A stretch of 64,000 nucleotides of DNA from Malacoraja senta (GCA_038087875.1 JAXLNO010001567.1:1-64000), one strand, 5' to 3'. Counted from the stretch's first letter, positions 52,401 through 64,000 are shown. Numbers and translations are program-made. Notes: generated by a model not told the origin, from the sequence alone.

Positions 52401-52929
52401 GTTTAGTTTGTGGCTTTATTTGAAGCAGAAATAATATGTGAATGCTTCATTGAGCATAATTCTGACTGGTCGTCCGAGCACATTATCGCACGTGTCATGC
52501 AAGCCATCTTAAATAACCACCTAAACTGTCATTTGGCAACTTAAAAAGCTACCAAGGTTGCCCGGCTGACAACAGAGAAAAAAAATTAAGTGAGAGCCCT
52601 GCAAGGTGTATAATATTTTTGACACTGTCATAGGCCTTTCTTACATATGCTGTCACAACGCACTGTAGTCTCTAAACAACACTTCAGTAATTTTCCTTGC
52701 CCTCCATTTCAGAATAATAGTGTTTTAAGCCAATAACTCGACACTAGCAGTGGCAATAAATAAATAAATAAAGCCCAGCTTTCCAGCCCCTTATCTCATT
52801 GGCCACGCTCGGCTGCAAATCGGTGTCAATCTGGTGGACCATCTTCCTCTGGTCGTGGGGGTGGGGGATTGGGGGGGGGCCTCACAAGTGGAACAGCTTA
52901 GGGCCTCTCTTCATCTAAATCCGGCCCTG
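49416..52929. mobile_element. Composite non-autonomous hAT element with nested repeats
   Basis: TIRs CAGGGCCGGATTTA and TAAATCCGGCCCTG, with a perfect 8-bp TSD CTGGTAGG at 49408-49415 and 52930-52937. It interrupts a CR1 fragment. Confidence 0.9.
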
Positions 52930-54123
52930 CTGGTAGGTTTCAATGAGATTCCCACCTCATCCTTCTAAATCCCATGAGCACAGGCACAGAGACTTCAAAC
53001 ACTCCTCATACGTTAAATCAATCATCCCCAGGACATACATCCTCTCGACCCTCTCCAAAGCCAGCACATCCTTTCTAATATGGAGCCCAAAACTGCTCAC
53101 AATATTCCAAATGTGTCTTCACCAGTGCCCGATAAATCCTCAGCATTATATTATTGTTTTTATATTCTACGCCCCCCGAAATGAATGCTGGCATTGCATT
53201 TGCCTTACTTACCACTGACTCAATCTGCAAATGAACTATTTGGGAATCCTGCACTAGTACTCCCACTTTGTAGCTCAGGTTTCTCAATTCTCTCCCCATT
53301 TAGAAAATAGTCTATGTCTTTATTCCGACTGCCAAAATGTAAAACCAGACACTTGCTACACTGTATTCCATTTGGCTCTGCTTTGCCCACTCGGTGGAAC
53401 TGCTGCCTTACAGCGCCAGAGACCCGGTTCAATTCTGACTACGGGTCCCGTCTGTACAGAGTTTTGTACCTTCTCCCCGGGACTTGCGTGGGTTTTGCCT
53501 GGATCTCCGGTTTCCTCACTCAGTCCAAAGACATACAGGTTTGTAGGTTAATTGGCTTGGTATAATTGTAAATTGTCCCCTAATAAGTAAGATAATGTAA
53601 GTGTGCAGGGATCGCTGGTTGACGCAGACTCGGTGGGCTGAAGGGCCGGTTTCTGCGCTGTATCTCTTAAACTAAAACCACATTCCATTGACTATCAATA
53701 ATTATGAGCAATTAGATAACCACAAATTAATAATGGGTGGCACAGTGGCGTAGCGGTAGAGCTGCTGCCTTACTGCACCAGAGACCTGGGTTTGATCCTG
53801 ACTACAGGTGCTGTCTGCAAGGACATTGTATGTTCTCCCTGTGACTGCGTGGGTTTCCTCCCACACTACAAAGACATACAGGTTTGTAGGTTACTTGGCT
53901 TAGGTAAAATTGTAAATTGTCCGTACTGTGTAGGTTAGTGTAAATGTATGGGTTGATCACTATTCAGCGAGGACTCAGTGAGCTGAGGGGCCTGTATCTG
54001 CAGCATATCTCTAAAGCCTAAAGTCTAAATCCACAGCTTAGTTAAGAGTGTGAGTTGAGACTGTTATCTCAGTCCAGGAGGTTTATGGTCTCAAGTGATC
54101 AGCCTCATTAACTTGCCACTTAC

Positions 54124-54396
54124 CCTGTGGAACATTGACTCCCTGCAGCAGAGTTGCATGTTCGATGTAACAGGAGAATTTTGCCACATCTTCTCTATTC
54201 AGTTGAATTGTATTCTTCAGCTGGTAAGTCCCATCCCAATTGGGCAACAGATCACTGGATTCAGACTCATGGACCCCCTCACCATCTCTCAGCCACGTTA
54301 CATCGATGGCCCGTGGCTAGAAGCCTGTGACAAGGCAGGAGAGTATCAGTGATTGCGACCCATCACGTTTAATCCCAATAAACACCTCAGGGGTTT
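54124..54396 (-). CDS. Class I-like alpha3 (Ig C1) exon with an in-frame stop
   Basis: Hand translation: (E)TPEVFIGIKRDGSQSLILSCLVTGF*PRAIDVTWLRDGEGVHESESSDLLPNWDGTYQLKNTIQLNREDVAKFSCYIEHATLLQGVNVPQ. Junctions are ttgcag|AA and G|gtaagt; the exon is 273 nt, phase 1-1. Confidence 0.95.
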
Positions 54397-55600
54397 CTGC
54401 AAGTGTAAGAAGAGTCAGAATCAGTGAAGACATGAACAAAAGCCTTCAATTGTAAGATCACTGCAACTCACCACTTTCCCAATCAGAGTTTTTTCTCTGG
54501 CTGAACTAAGTTTTCAGCCTAGACCCAAAATGCTGGAATAACTCAGCAGGTCAGGCAGCATTCTGGAGAGAAGGAATGCCCAGAGATGCTATCTGACCCA
54601 CTGAGTTACACCAACATCTTCTATCTTCAGTGTAAACCATCATCTGCAGTTCTATCTTGCACAAAGTTTACAGCCTTTTCTCTTTTCATTTTGCATTTCT
54701 GGCAAAACAACAAAACATTTAGCTTTAATATCACTGACATGCTCCTTATCTTAGCTCCAGACTTTAACTGACAGCACAGATGAAAGGGGAATGCAGGCCC
54801 AATGGAGGAGTATAACTCACCATTGGGATTGATACTGTAGACATGATTGCTTCTACCTGTTCATGAATCTCTGCTGAATAATAACACTAAATATTCCAAG
54901 AGGGAATGGGAGGAAGAAGTTCTTCAAATAGAGAACTGTTGGAAATTGAATGTCACCATCCCAAGGAGTAATAGAGGCAAATAGAGAATCTGATTGGGTT
55001 TCTGATCAGTTCAGCAACAGACCCTTCAGGCCACAAGGTCGGTGCTAAACATAAGACCAAGATACATATTCCTCCATTTCCTGAATATCTATATGACTGT
55101 GGATAAAGGACACTGGTACAATATTTATCTTTCACTTGCACTTCCTACCCACTGGCTCCATCTAAGAGGCACGTTGCCAGACAATTTACTGATACCCACG
55201 TTGTAGAACAGGGTGGCGAAGCAGTGGAGCTACTGCCTTACAGCGCCAGAGACCTGGGTTTGTTACTAACTACGGGTGCTTGTCTTTACAGAGTTTGTAC
55301 GTTCTCCCTGTGACCTGCGTGGGTTTTATCCGAGATCTTCGGTTTCCCCTCACACTCGAAAGACGTACAAATTTGTAGGTTAATTGGATTGGTATAAATG
55401 CAAATTGTCCCTAGTGTGTGTAGGATAGTGTTAGTGTGCGGGCATGGCTGCTCGGTGCGGTCTCGGTGGGTTTCCGCGCTGTATCTCTAAACTAAACTAA
55501 ATAATTACTCAAGTGACAGCCTGAAGTGCATGATATTTCCCACCTGATCTATCCAGAGGATATCCTCTGGCCCATCAGTCAGAGTGCCTACGTCGTGTAC

Positions 55601-55876
55601 CTCTCCTCTGTAGTGCTTCTTGTCCACACTCCAGATATATCCGCAGCCACTTCACACAGTCCTTCTCCAGGAGATCTTTAAAATACTTGTTCATGAAGGT
55701 GTTGACGTTCCACCGATCTGCTAGCATCTGGAAATCTGGACGTAGTGCAATCCAGCGCATTCTGTCCTTGTCAAAAGCACAGGCATCCTCCCCATCATAA
55801 CCCAGTCTGAAAAACCCATCAGTGGAATTGTCACTGTCCACTTCACAGCCGCAGAAACCCTGCACAAAGCAAACAG
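55601..55876 (-). CDS. Class I-like alpha2 exon
   Basis: (T)VCFVQGFCGCEVDSD...GYDGED...W...DRWN...CVKWLRIYL. Junctions are ccccag|CT and G|gtacac; the exon is 276 nt. Confidence 0.95.
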
Positions 55877-57620
55877 CTGGGGCTGAGGTAGGGGTGGAGG
55901 ATTTGTGTTGGGGAGAGTGGATGGAAGGGAGAGGCAATTTACAAATCAGTTCTCAGCATGGTACAAACAGGCATAACAGAACACAACATGGAGCTGTACA
56001 GCACAGGAGCAGGTTTAGCTCAGAGATACAGCGCGGAAACAGGCCCTTCGGCCCACCGAGTCCGCACCGACCAGTGGTCCCCGCATATTAACACTATCCT
56101 ACACAGACTACTTTTCTTTTCCAGCTTTCTCCACTCTACCCCATCACTCTAAATGGTCCTGGTCTCATATGTTTTCTGTCCATTTGTCCACAGCATGCTG
56201 CCTGACTCGTTGAGTTCCTCCTGTTTGTTTTAAATTCAGATTGGCAGCATCTGCAGTTTGCTGTGACTCCATCTTAGCACAATGGATGATCAATGTGGAT
56301 TCAGTGAGCAGAAGGGCCGGTTTCCATGATGTGTGACTCAATAACCCATGGTCTATATACTGAGGGCATGGACTAACCTCAAGTGTTATGGGGGGGAGCT
56401 TTACTGTTGTGGATGTAACACTAAAGGAGTTCTGCTGTGTCAGAAGGGTAGAACTCAGATTCTGCACTGTCGTACATAAAGAACAGAGGAAGAAGTGCAT
56501 TGTCAGATGGGCAATGCTACAGAGCCAACAGGTCAGTCTGAAGGTTAAGGCAATGCAGATGGGAAGTACATCAAGGCTGTTGCACTGTGTGGGATTGCTA
56601 CACCCTCTGAGGATTGTTGCCAATATTGAGGGGATGCTGGATTAACACAATATTATTACTGAGGGAATACCTCATAGTCACCATCAACCAGCTTAAATCA
56701 AGATCCCATCTCTAGATGATCAGGCTATAAATAAACTAATGGTTTCTCCCTCATTCCAGCCCAACAAAACAGATGATCCAATCCATCCACTTATTACTGG
56801 TGTTGAATATCAAATGCTTAACCCATAAAGAGACTATCACCAGCCAACTGTTATGACTGTGTGTTCAGCAGTTAGGACACATTAAATATAGACGATGGGC
56901 CGTGTCTCTATCAAAATGTGATGGAGTAAATGTCTGAAACAGCATCAATGGTGCTGAAGTGAAAAAGGTTGAGAGTTTCTGGTTCCCCTACTGCCTCAGG
57001 AGACTAAGGAAATGCGGCATCTCCAATGACTCTTACAAACTTCTACAAATGTGCCATAGAAAGCATACTGACAGGTTGCATCACAACTTAGTTTGGAAAG
57101 AGTTCTGCCCAAGACCGCTGGAAATGGCAGAGAGGTGGAGATGTAGCACAGTCGATCACACAAACATGATTCCCCACCAGTGAATCCATCTGTATTTCAA
57201 CTGGTTCAGGAAAGCAGACAACATAATCAAAGATTTGTCCCGTTCTGGTCACTCCTTCTTCCTGCAGAAGGTACGTAAGCATTAAAGCGTGCACCACCAG
57301 ACTCAGTAACTGTTTCCTCCCCTATGTTATCAGGTTTCTGAACAGTCCTCCCTTATGCTAGGGTTCACCTCAACCCCATTGTAGACACTGGACTTTGTCT
57401 CTGGCACTGGTACATTACAATGCTGAGAACTACATTCTGCACTCTTTGCTCTACCTATTGTACGAGTTTGGTTTGATTGTATTTATGAATAGTTTTCTTT
57501 GATGTGATTGACTAACGCAAAAAAAGTGTATCAGAGAATCATGTGACAGCAACAAAACTATAACAAAATCCATCTGTGTCATCACTGGGTCTCTACCCCA
57601 GGTCCGCTCACGACACTTAC

Positions 57621-57881
57621 TCGAGATACCATGTTGCTGTTGGTAGACTATCTCAGCATTTCCTCTGACAATCCCATGAAAACCTGCAACTGTGATGGCC
57701 ATTGAATCCCAGTGATCCTGCGGGAAAGACTGGGCCATCCATCGCTGTCTGGGAACAGCCCGCTCTAGTGTGCTGTCAAAATATGCTATCTGGACGTCAT
57801 CCAGCATTGCTACCATACTGTACTCAGGCAGCTCATTCAATCCATGGTTCAACAGGTAGTAAGATGCAAGATGGTGTAAAT
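57621..57881 (-). CDS. Class I-like alpha1 exon
   Basis: (D)LHHLASYYLLNHGLNELPEYSMVAMLDDVQIAYFDSTLERAVPRQRWMAQSFPQDHWDS...HGIS. Junctions are cattgcag|AT and A|gtaagt; the exon is 261 nt. Confidence 0.95.
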
Positions 57882-60800
57882 CTGCAATGCATAAACAAAA
57901 ATAAGTATGATTGTATCATTCACTGAAAATAACTAAGTTATTAATGCTAAAACTGATAACAATACAATAACTTTGAATAAGGGAGTCACAAGGACCTGCA
58001 GATGCAAGTGCTGGATGAACTCAGTGGGGCAGGCAGCATCAATGATCAGGTGACAATTTGGGTCAGGAGCCTTTAGTTTAGTTTTTAGCTTAGAGATACA
58101 GCATGGAAACAGGCCCTTCGTGCGAGTCCACACTGACCAGCAACCCCCACACAATAACACTATCCTACACACACTAGGGACAATTTACATTCTAGACCAA
58201 GCCAATTAACCTACAAACCTATACGTCTTTGGAATGTGGGAAGAATCCGAACATCTCGGGAAAAACCCACACGGTAATGGGGAGAATGGACAAACTCCGT
58301 ACAGACAGCATCCATAATCAGGATCCAACCTGGGTCTATGGTGCTGTAATCGAGTAAGTCTACCGCTGCACCACTGAGCCTTCTTCAAGAGTTGGCATGA
58401 TGGGCTCTGATACCTACTCCACCAATTATGGTCGAGGTATTGAATGATCCTACTGGATTGTTTCCCATCTTCAAAGATCTATTATTGTCTATCATGTCGA
58501 TAGGTTCTACTAGTTACAATATTCCAAAATTTGAAGAATATTTTATTATATTAAGAAACTGGACAATGTCAAGGAGACTTTATAGAATCATAGAGAGGTA
58601 AAGTCAAAGAGTCATACAGCAGGGAATCAGGGCCTATGGCTCAACTTGCCACACCAACCAACATGCCTCATCTACACTGCCTGTATTTCATCAGTACATA
58701 AGTTCTAGGAGAATAATTAGGCCATTCAGCCCATCGGCCATTCAATCATGGCTGAGCTATCTCTCCCTATCAACCACATTCTCCTGCCTGCACCCCATAA
58801 CCCTTGAAACCCATACTGATCAAGAATCTGTTAATCTCCACCTGAGAAATATCCATTGATGTGGGCTCTACAGCTGACTGAGGCCCATATCCTTATAAGC
58901 CTATCCTATCCATGTACCTGATTAAATGATTCTTAAATGTCGTGATAGTACGCGCCTGAACTACCTTCTCCGGCAGTTCATTCAGTACACCCACCACCCT
59001 TTGTGTAACAATGCTATGCCTCAGGTTCCTATTAAATCATTCCCCCCTCATCTTAAACTTATGTCCACTGGGTACAGCACATAAAAGGCCCTTTAGCCCA
59101 CCAAGTTCGTGGTGACCATCAAACACCTATTTATACCTGTGGTACGCTAACCCTTTTAATATTTGCCAATCTCCCATTAACACCTCCCTCATCCCCTCCA
59201 CCAATTCTAATACATATGCATGACCAATTCACACTGGCCAATTTACCTTTCAGCCCGGCATTTTGGGGACGTGCGGGGAAACTGGAATAACCATAGCAAA
59301 CACACGTTTGCAGGGGGAAAAAAAAGCCAGGTTGTAAGAGATCAGGATTGAGTCCAGGTCCTCATAGGCAGCTGCAACACAGCTCATAGAGATGGGGGGG
59401 GGGGGTGGTGGTGGAGACTGAGATAAACAGGGCCTAAATTGAAACTCGACACAAAATACTGGAGTAACTCAGTGGGTCAGGCAGCATCTCCGGAGAAAAG
59501 GAAAAGGTGACGTTTTGTGTCGAGACCCTTCTTCAGAATGAGAGTCAGGGGACAGAGAACCGAGAGATATGACAAAGTACAATGAAATATATGCACCCCC
59601 GACTCTGTCTGATGCAGTGTCTTGACCTGAAACTCCACCTATTCCTTTTCTCCAGCGATGCTGCCTGACTTGCTGAGTTACTCCAGCCTTTTGTATCTAT
59701 CTTCGGTGTAAACCAGCATCTGCATCAGCAGTCAGAAGAAGGGTCTCGACCCGAAACGTCACCCATACCTTCTCTCTAGGGATGCTGCCTGTGCCGCTGA
59801 GTTACTCCAGCTTTATTGTCTATCTTTGGTTTAAATCAGCTTCTGCAGTTCCTTCTTACACATCTGCACTTCCTTCCTACACTTGTGTCAACTGAAACAT
59901 CACCTAACCATGTTCTCCAGACATACTGCCTGACCTGCTGAATTACTCCAGTATTTTATGTGTATTAACCAGCATGTGCAGTTTCTTGTTTCCACATGCA
60001 TAAGCAGTATTTGTTCTGTGATAAAGATTACATGCAGCACACCAGACAGTGTCAAAGTTCATGTGTTTAAGTGAAGTGAGAAGGGGCCCCGAGGGCAGAG
60101 TTAGAAGTGTCTGTTTCAGTGTTACCAGGAGAAACATAAGACGGCTAAGAGTGGAATACAGTAACGATAAAATCCATGTGGCTTCGCAAAACACTCCACA
60201 GCCAAGGATTTTTGTTTTATATGTTATTATTTCAACATGGCCATCACCATTATATGGTTTCGGCCCGAAACGTTGCCTATTTCCTTCGCTCCATAGATGC
60301 TGCTGCACCCGCTGAGTTTCTCCAGCATTTTTGTGTACCTTCGATTTTCCAGCATCTGCAGTTCCTTCTTTAACACCATTATATTTACTTTCATTTGATA
60401 ACAATGGGATGAAACTTTCAGGGCGAGTAGGTTTGTAATCTCCAAGCCTTGACGAATGTCAGAATAGTTAGAAAGGTACCATTGTGTGGGAAGAAATTGC
60501 TCATCAGATTCCCATTCAATCTTTCCCCCCTCAATTTAAACCTATGTCCTCTGGTTCTCGATTCTGTAATCTGTTGAATATGTTGCCCACTTGAAAATTT
60601 CCAGATTGAGATTGATAGATTTTTGTTCATTAAGGGTGTAATGGGCTGGAGTTCGGCCACAATGTCTGTGCCGAACATGATGTCAAGTTCAACTAAACTC
60701 TTCATGCTTGTAGATGATTCATATCCCTCAATTCCCTGCATATCCACGTGCCTATCCTCAAGCTTCTTAAATCTCATTATCGTCTTCTGGGGAAGTGGTG

Positions 60801-61483
60801 ATGGGGTAATGGATAGGGTCTGCAGGACAGGAAGCATGCAACAAACAACAAGATGGCAACAACATTAACACAACATTGATTGGTCATTTAATGCAGGCTG
60901 AATTTTACCATCATGTGGGTGTCTAACACCAGCTGAGGAAATCTTGGAGAGGTGGAACACCTACTAATGCAGAAGTCACTTCTTTATTGAAAGTGCACAT
61001 CACCTGAATTCTGTCTGAGGCATTAGTGCAAGGACAGATTGGACAAACATGGATTGTTTTCTCTTGTATACTGGAGGTTGAAGGGAGACCTGATGAAAGT
61101 GCACAACATGGTGAGAGGCACAGACAGAGTGGACAGCCAGAACCTTTTTCCCAGGGTGGAAATGTTGAAGACCAGAGAACATCACTTTAAGGTTGGAGAA
61201 GCAATGTTCAAAGGAGATGAGCGGAGCAAGTTGTTTTATGTGGAGGGTGGTGGACATCTGTAACGCGCTGCCAGTGGTGGTTGTGGTGATGGTGGCAGAT
61301 ATAACAGTTACATTTCAGAGGCTTTTAGATAGGTACATAGATAGGCAGGGAATGGCCGGATACAGATCACATACAGGTAGAGGAGATTAGTTTAGTTTGT
61401 TCGGCACAGACATTGTGGGCCGAAGGTAGACAAAATGCTGAGGTAACAGCGGGTCAGGCAGCATCTCTGGAGAAAAGGAACGG

Positions 61484-61515
61484 GTGACGTTTCGGGTCGA
61501 GACCCTTCTTCAGAC
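61484..61515 (-). ncRNA. Minimal hammerhead ribozyme motif in a Penelope pseudo-LTR/SINE-like repeat
   Basis: The minus strand reads gt-CTGAAGA-a-GGGTC-TC-GACCC-GAAA-C-GTC-ac, with the conserved core, stem II, a palindromic ACGU stem III and a GUC cleavage triplet. Confidence 0.7.
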
Positions 61516-61816
61516 TGAAGGACTGAAGGACCTGCTCCTGTGCTGTATTGTACTATGTTCTATGTTCATTATTTACATGTATTCAGTTCTTCTGTTCAAT
61601 GGATTGCCAAGGTAACCATAGTATATATAACTTCCCACAGGAGCCTTTACAACTAAGGAAAGACCGTTACCCAAAATTATTAATACATTCAATTCAATCA
61701 TTCAATTAATACATCCAAGACAATGAACCCAGGGCAAACACAGGCACTGTGCAACAGTAAATATAATCAGTTTTGTTGTTTCCTCAAAGTTCACAGGTTG
61801 AAGCAGTATTGCTTAC

Positions 61817-61868
61817 CAGAGGAGACAGTGGCTACACCGTAAGTGTTCAGTAAGGTAAAAAGAAGCAT
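61817..61868 (-). CDS. Class I-like leader exon, MLLFTLLNTYGVATVSS
   Basis: The ATG is at 61868, it encodes a hydrophobic 17-aa peptide, and the donor is G|gtaagc. Phase 1 joins alpha1 to give D. Confidence 0.85.
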
Positions 61869-61890
61869 GTTTAACAGCCGCCCACAGCAC

Positions 61891-62070
61891 TATTTAACCA
61901 GCAGAGTAAATGCAGCAACAGTAACATAATCTCTTGTACGTTTTTAACAGAACTCTGGTGTGAAGGTAATTATTGGTCCATGTATACACAAACCTGATAA
62001 CCAGATCCAATGGGAATGAGACCACTTGTTCTCGTCACTAATTACCAGTGAATACAGTTTACGGATTGGG
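61891..62070 (-). promoter_or_regulatory. MHC-type SXY-like promoter with extra CCAAT boxes and a TATA-like element
   Basis: On the minus strand: CCCAAT (62065-62070), X1-like CACTGGTAATTAG, TGACG (62033-62037), a 21-bp gap, ATTGG (62007-62011), CCAAT (61972-61976) and TTAAATA (61891-61897). Confidence 0.65.
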
Positions 62071-64000
62071 TTTTATGGTAGGGATTGTATTGGTGTTTTA
62101 AGGACAACAATTACAAAATCATATTTCACATAGCATCTTACAGCCGAATAGATGTTTCTCAAAGTATAATGATTTTACAATTCAGAATGCAGTCAATTCC
62201 ACAAACTGCAGTGTTAGATAAACCAGATAGTCTACTTTACTGTGTAGGAAGGAACTGCAGATGCTTGTTTTACTGTAGGCAGATGCAAAAAGCTGGAGTA
62301 ACTCAGCGGGTCAGGCAGCATTTCTGGGGAAAAGGAATAGGTGACATTTCGGGAAGGGTCTCAACACAAATCGTCACCTTTTCCTTTTTCCCAGAAGTGC
62401 TGCCTGACCTGCTGAGTTACTCCATCTTTTTATAAGCATAGAAAATAGGTGCATGAGGAGGCCCTTCGGCCCTTCGAGCCAGCACTGCCATTCATGGTGA
62501 TCATGGCTGATCGTCCCCAATCAATGCCTGCCTTCTCCCCGTATCCCTTGATTCCACCAGCCTCTAGAGCTCTATCTAACATTTTTGTGTCTGTCTTTAG
62601 TCCACTTTACTGTTATTGCTTAAGTAATAAAAATTGGACAATGCATGTGTAATAATTTCCCAGCCCTTATTTGAGGTAATACCATGCGTCTTTTTTTTCA
62701 GCTGGGAGGAGAGACATGAGCTCAGTTTAAAGTTGTGTCTAGGTGTAAATGTGCAGCTCAGTCTCAACATCAGTGCAGAAATCTCTCATTGAGCCTTCTG
62801 TTAATACATGGCCCTTTACACCATGTCCCACTCACCTGAAAACTATGCTCTCCATTACTTTATATTTACACCCTGTGGAAAGGATTCTGACTCTCTATCC
62901 CATCTATGCCTCTCATAGTTTTATATACTTTTATCAACCTCCAGCATTCTAGCGATTACAATCTAAGTCTGTCCAACCTCTCCTTCCAGCTAATATCTAA
63001 TCTGTGCATCATTCTGGCAAACCACCTCTGCACAAATTCCATGCTTCCAAATTCATCCTGCATTGGGGCAACCAGAAATGCCGATAATATTCTAAAAGTG
63101 GCCTATCTGAAGTTCTATTCTCCGACCAGTCTGACTGTCCCCCTGATTAAAAATTATCTATGTATGCTTCGTTCACACCTACTCCTGGCTAATAATGATC
63201 TATTCTACATTTTCCTTGAACTACATCTCATTTGATGTCATTCTTTCATACCTTACACTTCCTTATCTCCATGTCTCCCTTTCCTCTTCAGCCTGAAGGG
63301 ACTCAACCAGAAATGTCAGCCATTCCTTCTATCCAGAGATGCTGCCTGTCCCACTGAGTTACTCCAGCATTTTGTGTCTATCTTTGAAGTTCCATAAAGC
63401 AGCATATGACTTCCTGACTCTTATACTCAATGCTATGAATAGTGTCTTTACCACTCTGGCTTTCAATTGATTGAAGGCGGAAAGGAGCCAAAGAATTATA
63501 TAGCAAAAAATCTCTGTGGTGGGACTGGAACAGAATGTTTTTTTTTAAAGCAAAAAAATCAAGGATATTGTTCAATAAAAAAGTAAAATATTTCTTTTCC
63601 CGGTATGGCGGGACTAACATATGATGAAAGAATGGACTGACTGGGCTTATATTCACTGGAATTTAGGATGAGATGGGATCTTATAGACGCATATAAAATT
63701 CTTAAGGGATTGGACAGTTAGATGCAGGAAAAATGTTCCCGATATTGGGGGGAGTCCAGAACCAGGAGTCACAGTTTACGACTAAAGGGTAGGCCATTTA
63801 GGAATGAGATGAAGAAAAACGCTTTCATCCAGATAGTTGTGAATCTGTGGAATTCTCTGCCACAGAAGGCAGTGGAGGCCAATTCACTCGATGTCTTCAA
63901 GAGAGAGTTAGATCTTAGGGCTACAGAATCAAGGGATATGGGGAGAAAGCAGGAACAGGGTATTGATTCTGGATGCTCAGCCATGATCATATTGAATGAC

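Larger units (their letters stand above)
44468..61868 (-). pseudogene. Non-classical MHC class I-like heavy-chain gene, 7 exons, with a premature stop in alpha3 (pseudogene, null allele or alpha3-skipping gene)
   Basis: The exon chain leader/alpha1/alpha2/alpha3/TM/cytoplasmic/terminal was reconstructed with phase-consistent GT-AG junctions. A TAG lies at 54317-54319. Confidence 0.85.

Noticed and set aside
59450-59990. Recurrent ~120-bp repeats that superficially resemble a repeat-spacer array
   Set aside because: The spacing is irregular, orientations are mixed, and the sequence matches the Penelope pseudo-LTR. It is not CRISPR.

Overview
This is eukaryotic, repeat-dense DNA from a cartilaginous fish, most likely a skate or ray. 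That assignment is inferred from HE1-type SINEs, CR1, Rex1 and Penelope families plus an MHC gene. The main gene is a minus-strand, 7-exon MHC class I-like gene spanning 61868 to 44468 (leader, alpha1, alpha2, alpha3, TM, cytoplasmic, terminal), reconstructed by hand with phase-compatible GT-AG junctions. It is clearly non-classical: by eye only 2 of the 8 peptide-anchoring residues are kept, the groove is hydrophobic, alpha2 has six Cys, and the tail carries a YDxP motif. It has an in-frame TAG in the alpha3 GFYP motif and a Tc1 transposon inserted about 12 nt from the TM-exon acceptor. An SXY-like promoter lies upstream. A second, paralogous SXY promoter plus leader exon (GC donor) lies at about 20.4 kb, with no recognisable alpha1-alpha3 exons downstream in the window. 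The rest is mostly mobile DNA: Penelope-like elements whose pseudo-LTRs carry minimal hammerhead ribozyme motifs, CR1 and Rex1 LINEs, SINEs, hAT, Harbinger and Helitron non-autonomous elements, and a DIRS-type recombinase fragment. No prokaryotic features, CRISPR array or true tRNA/rRNA genes were seen. Repeat boundaries are approximate unless a TSD or TIR is quoted.
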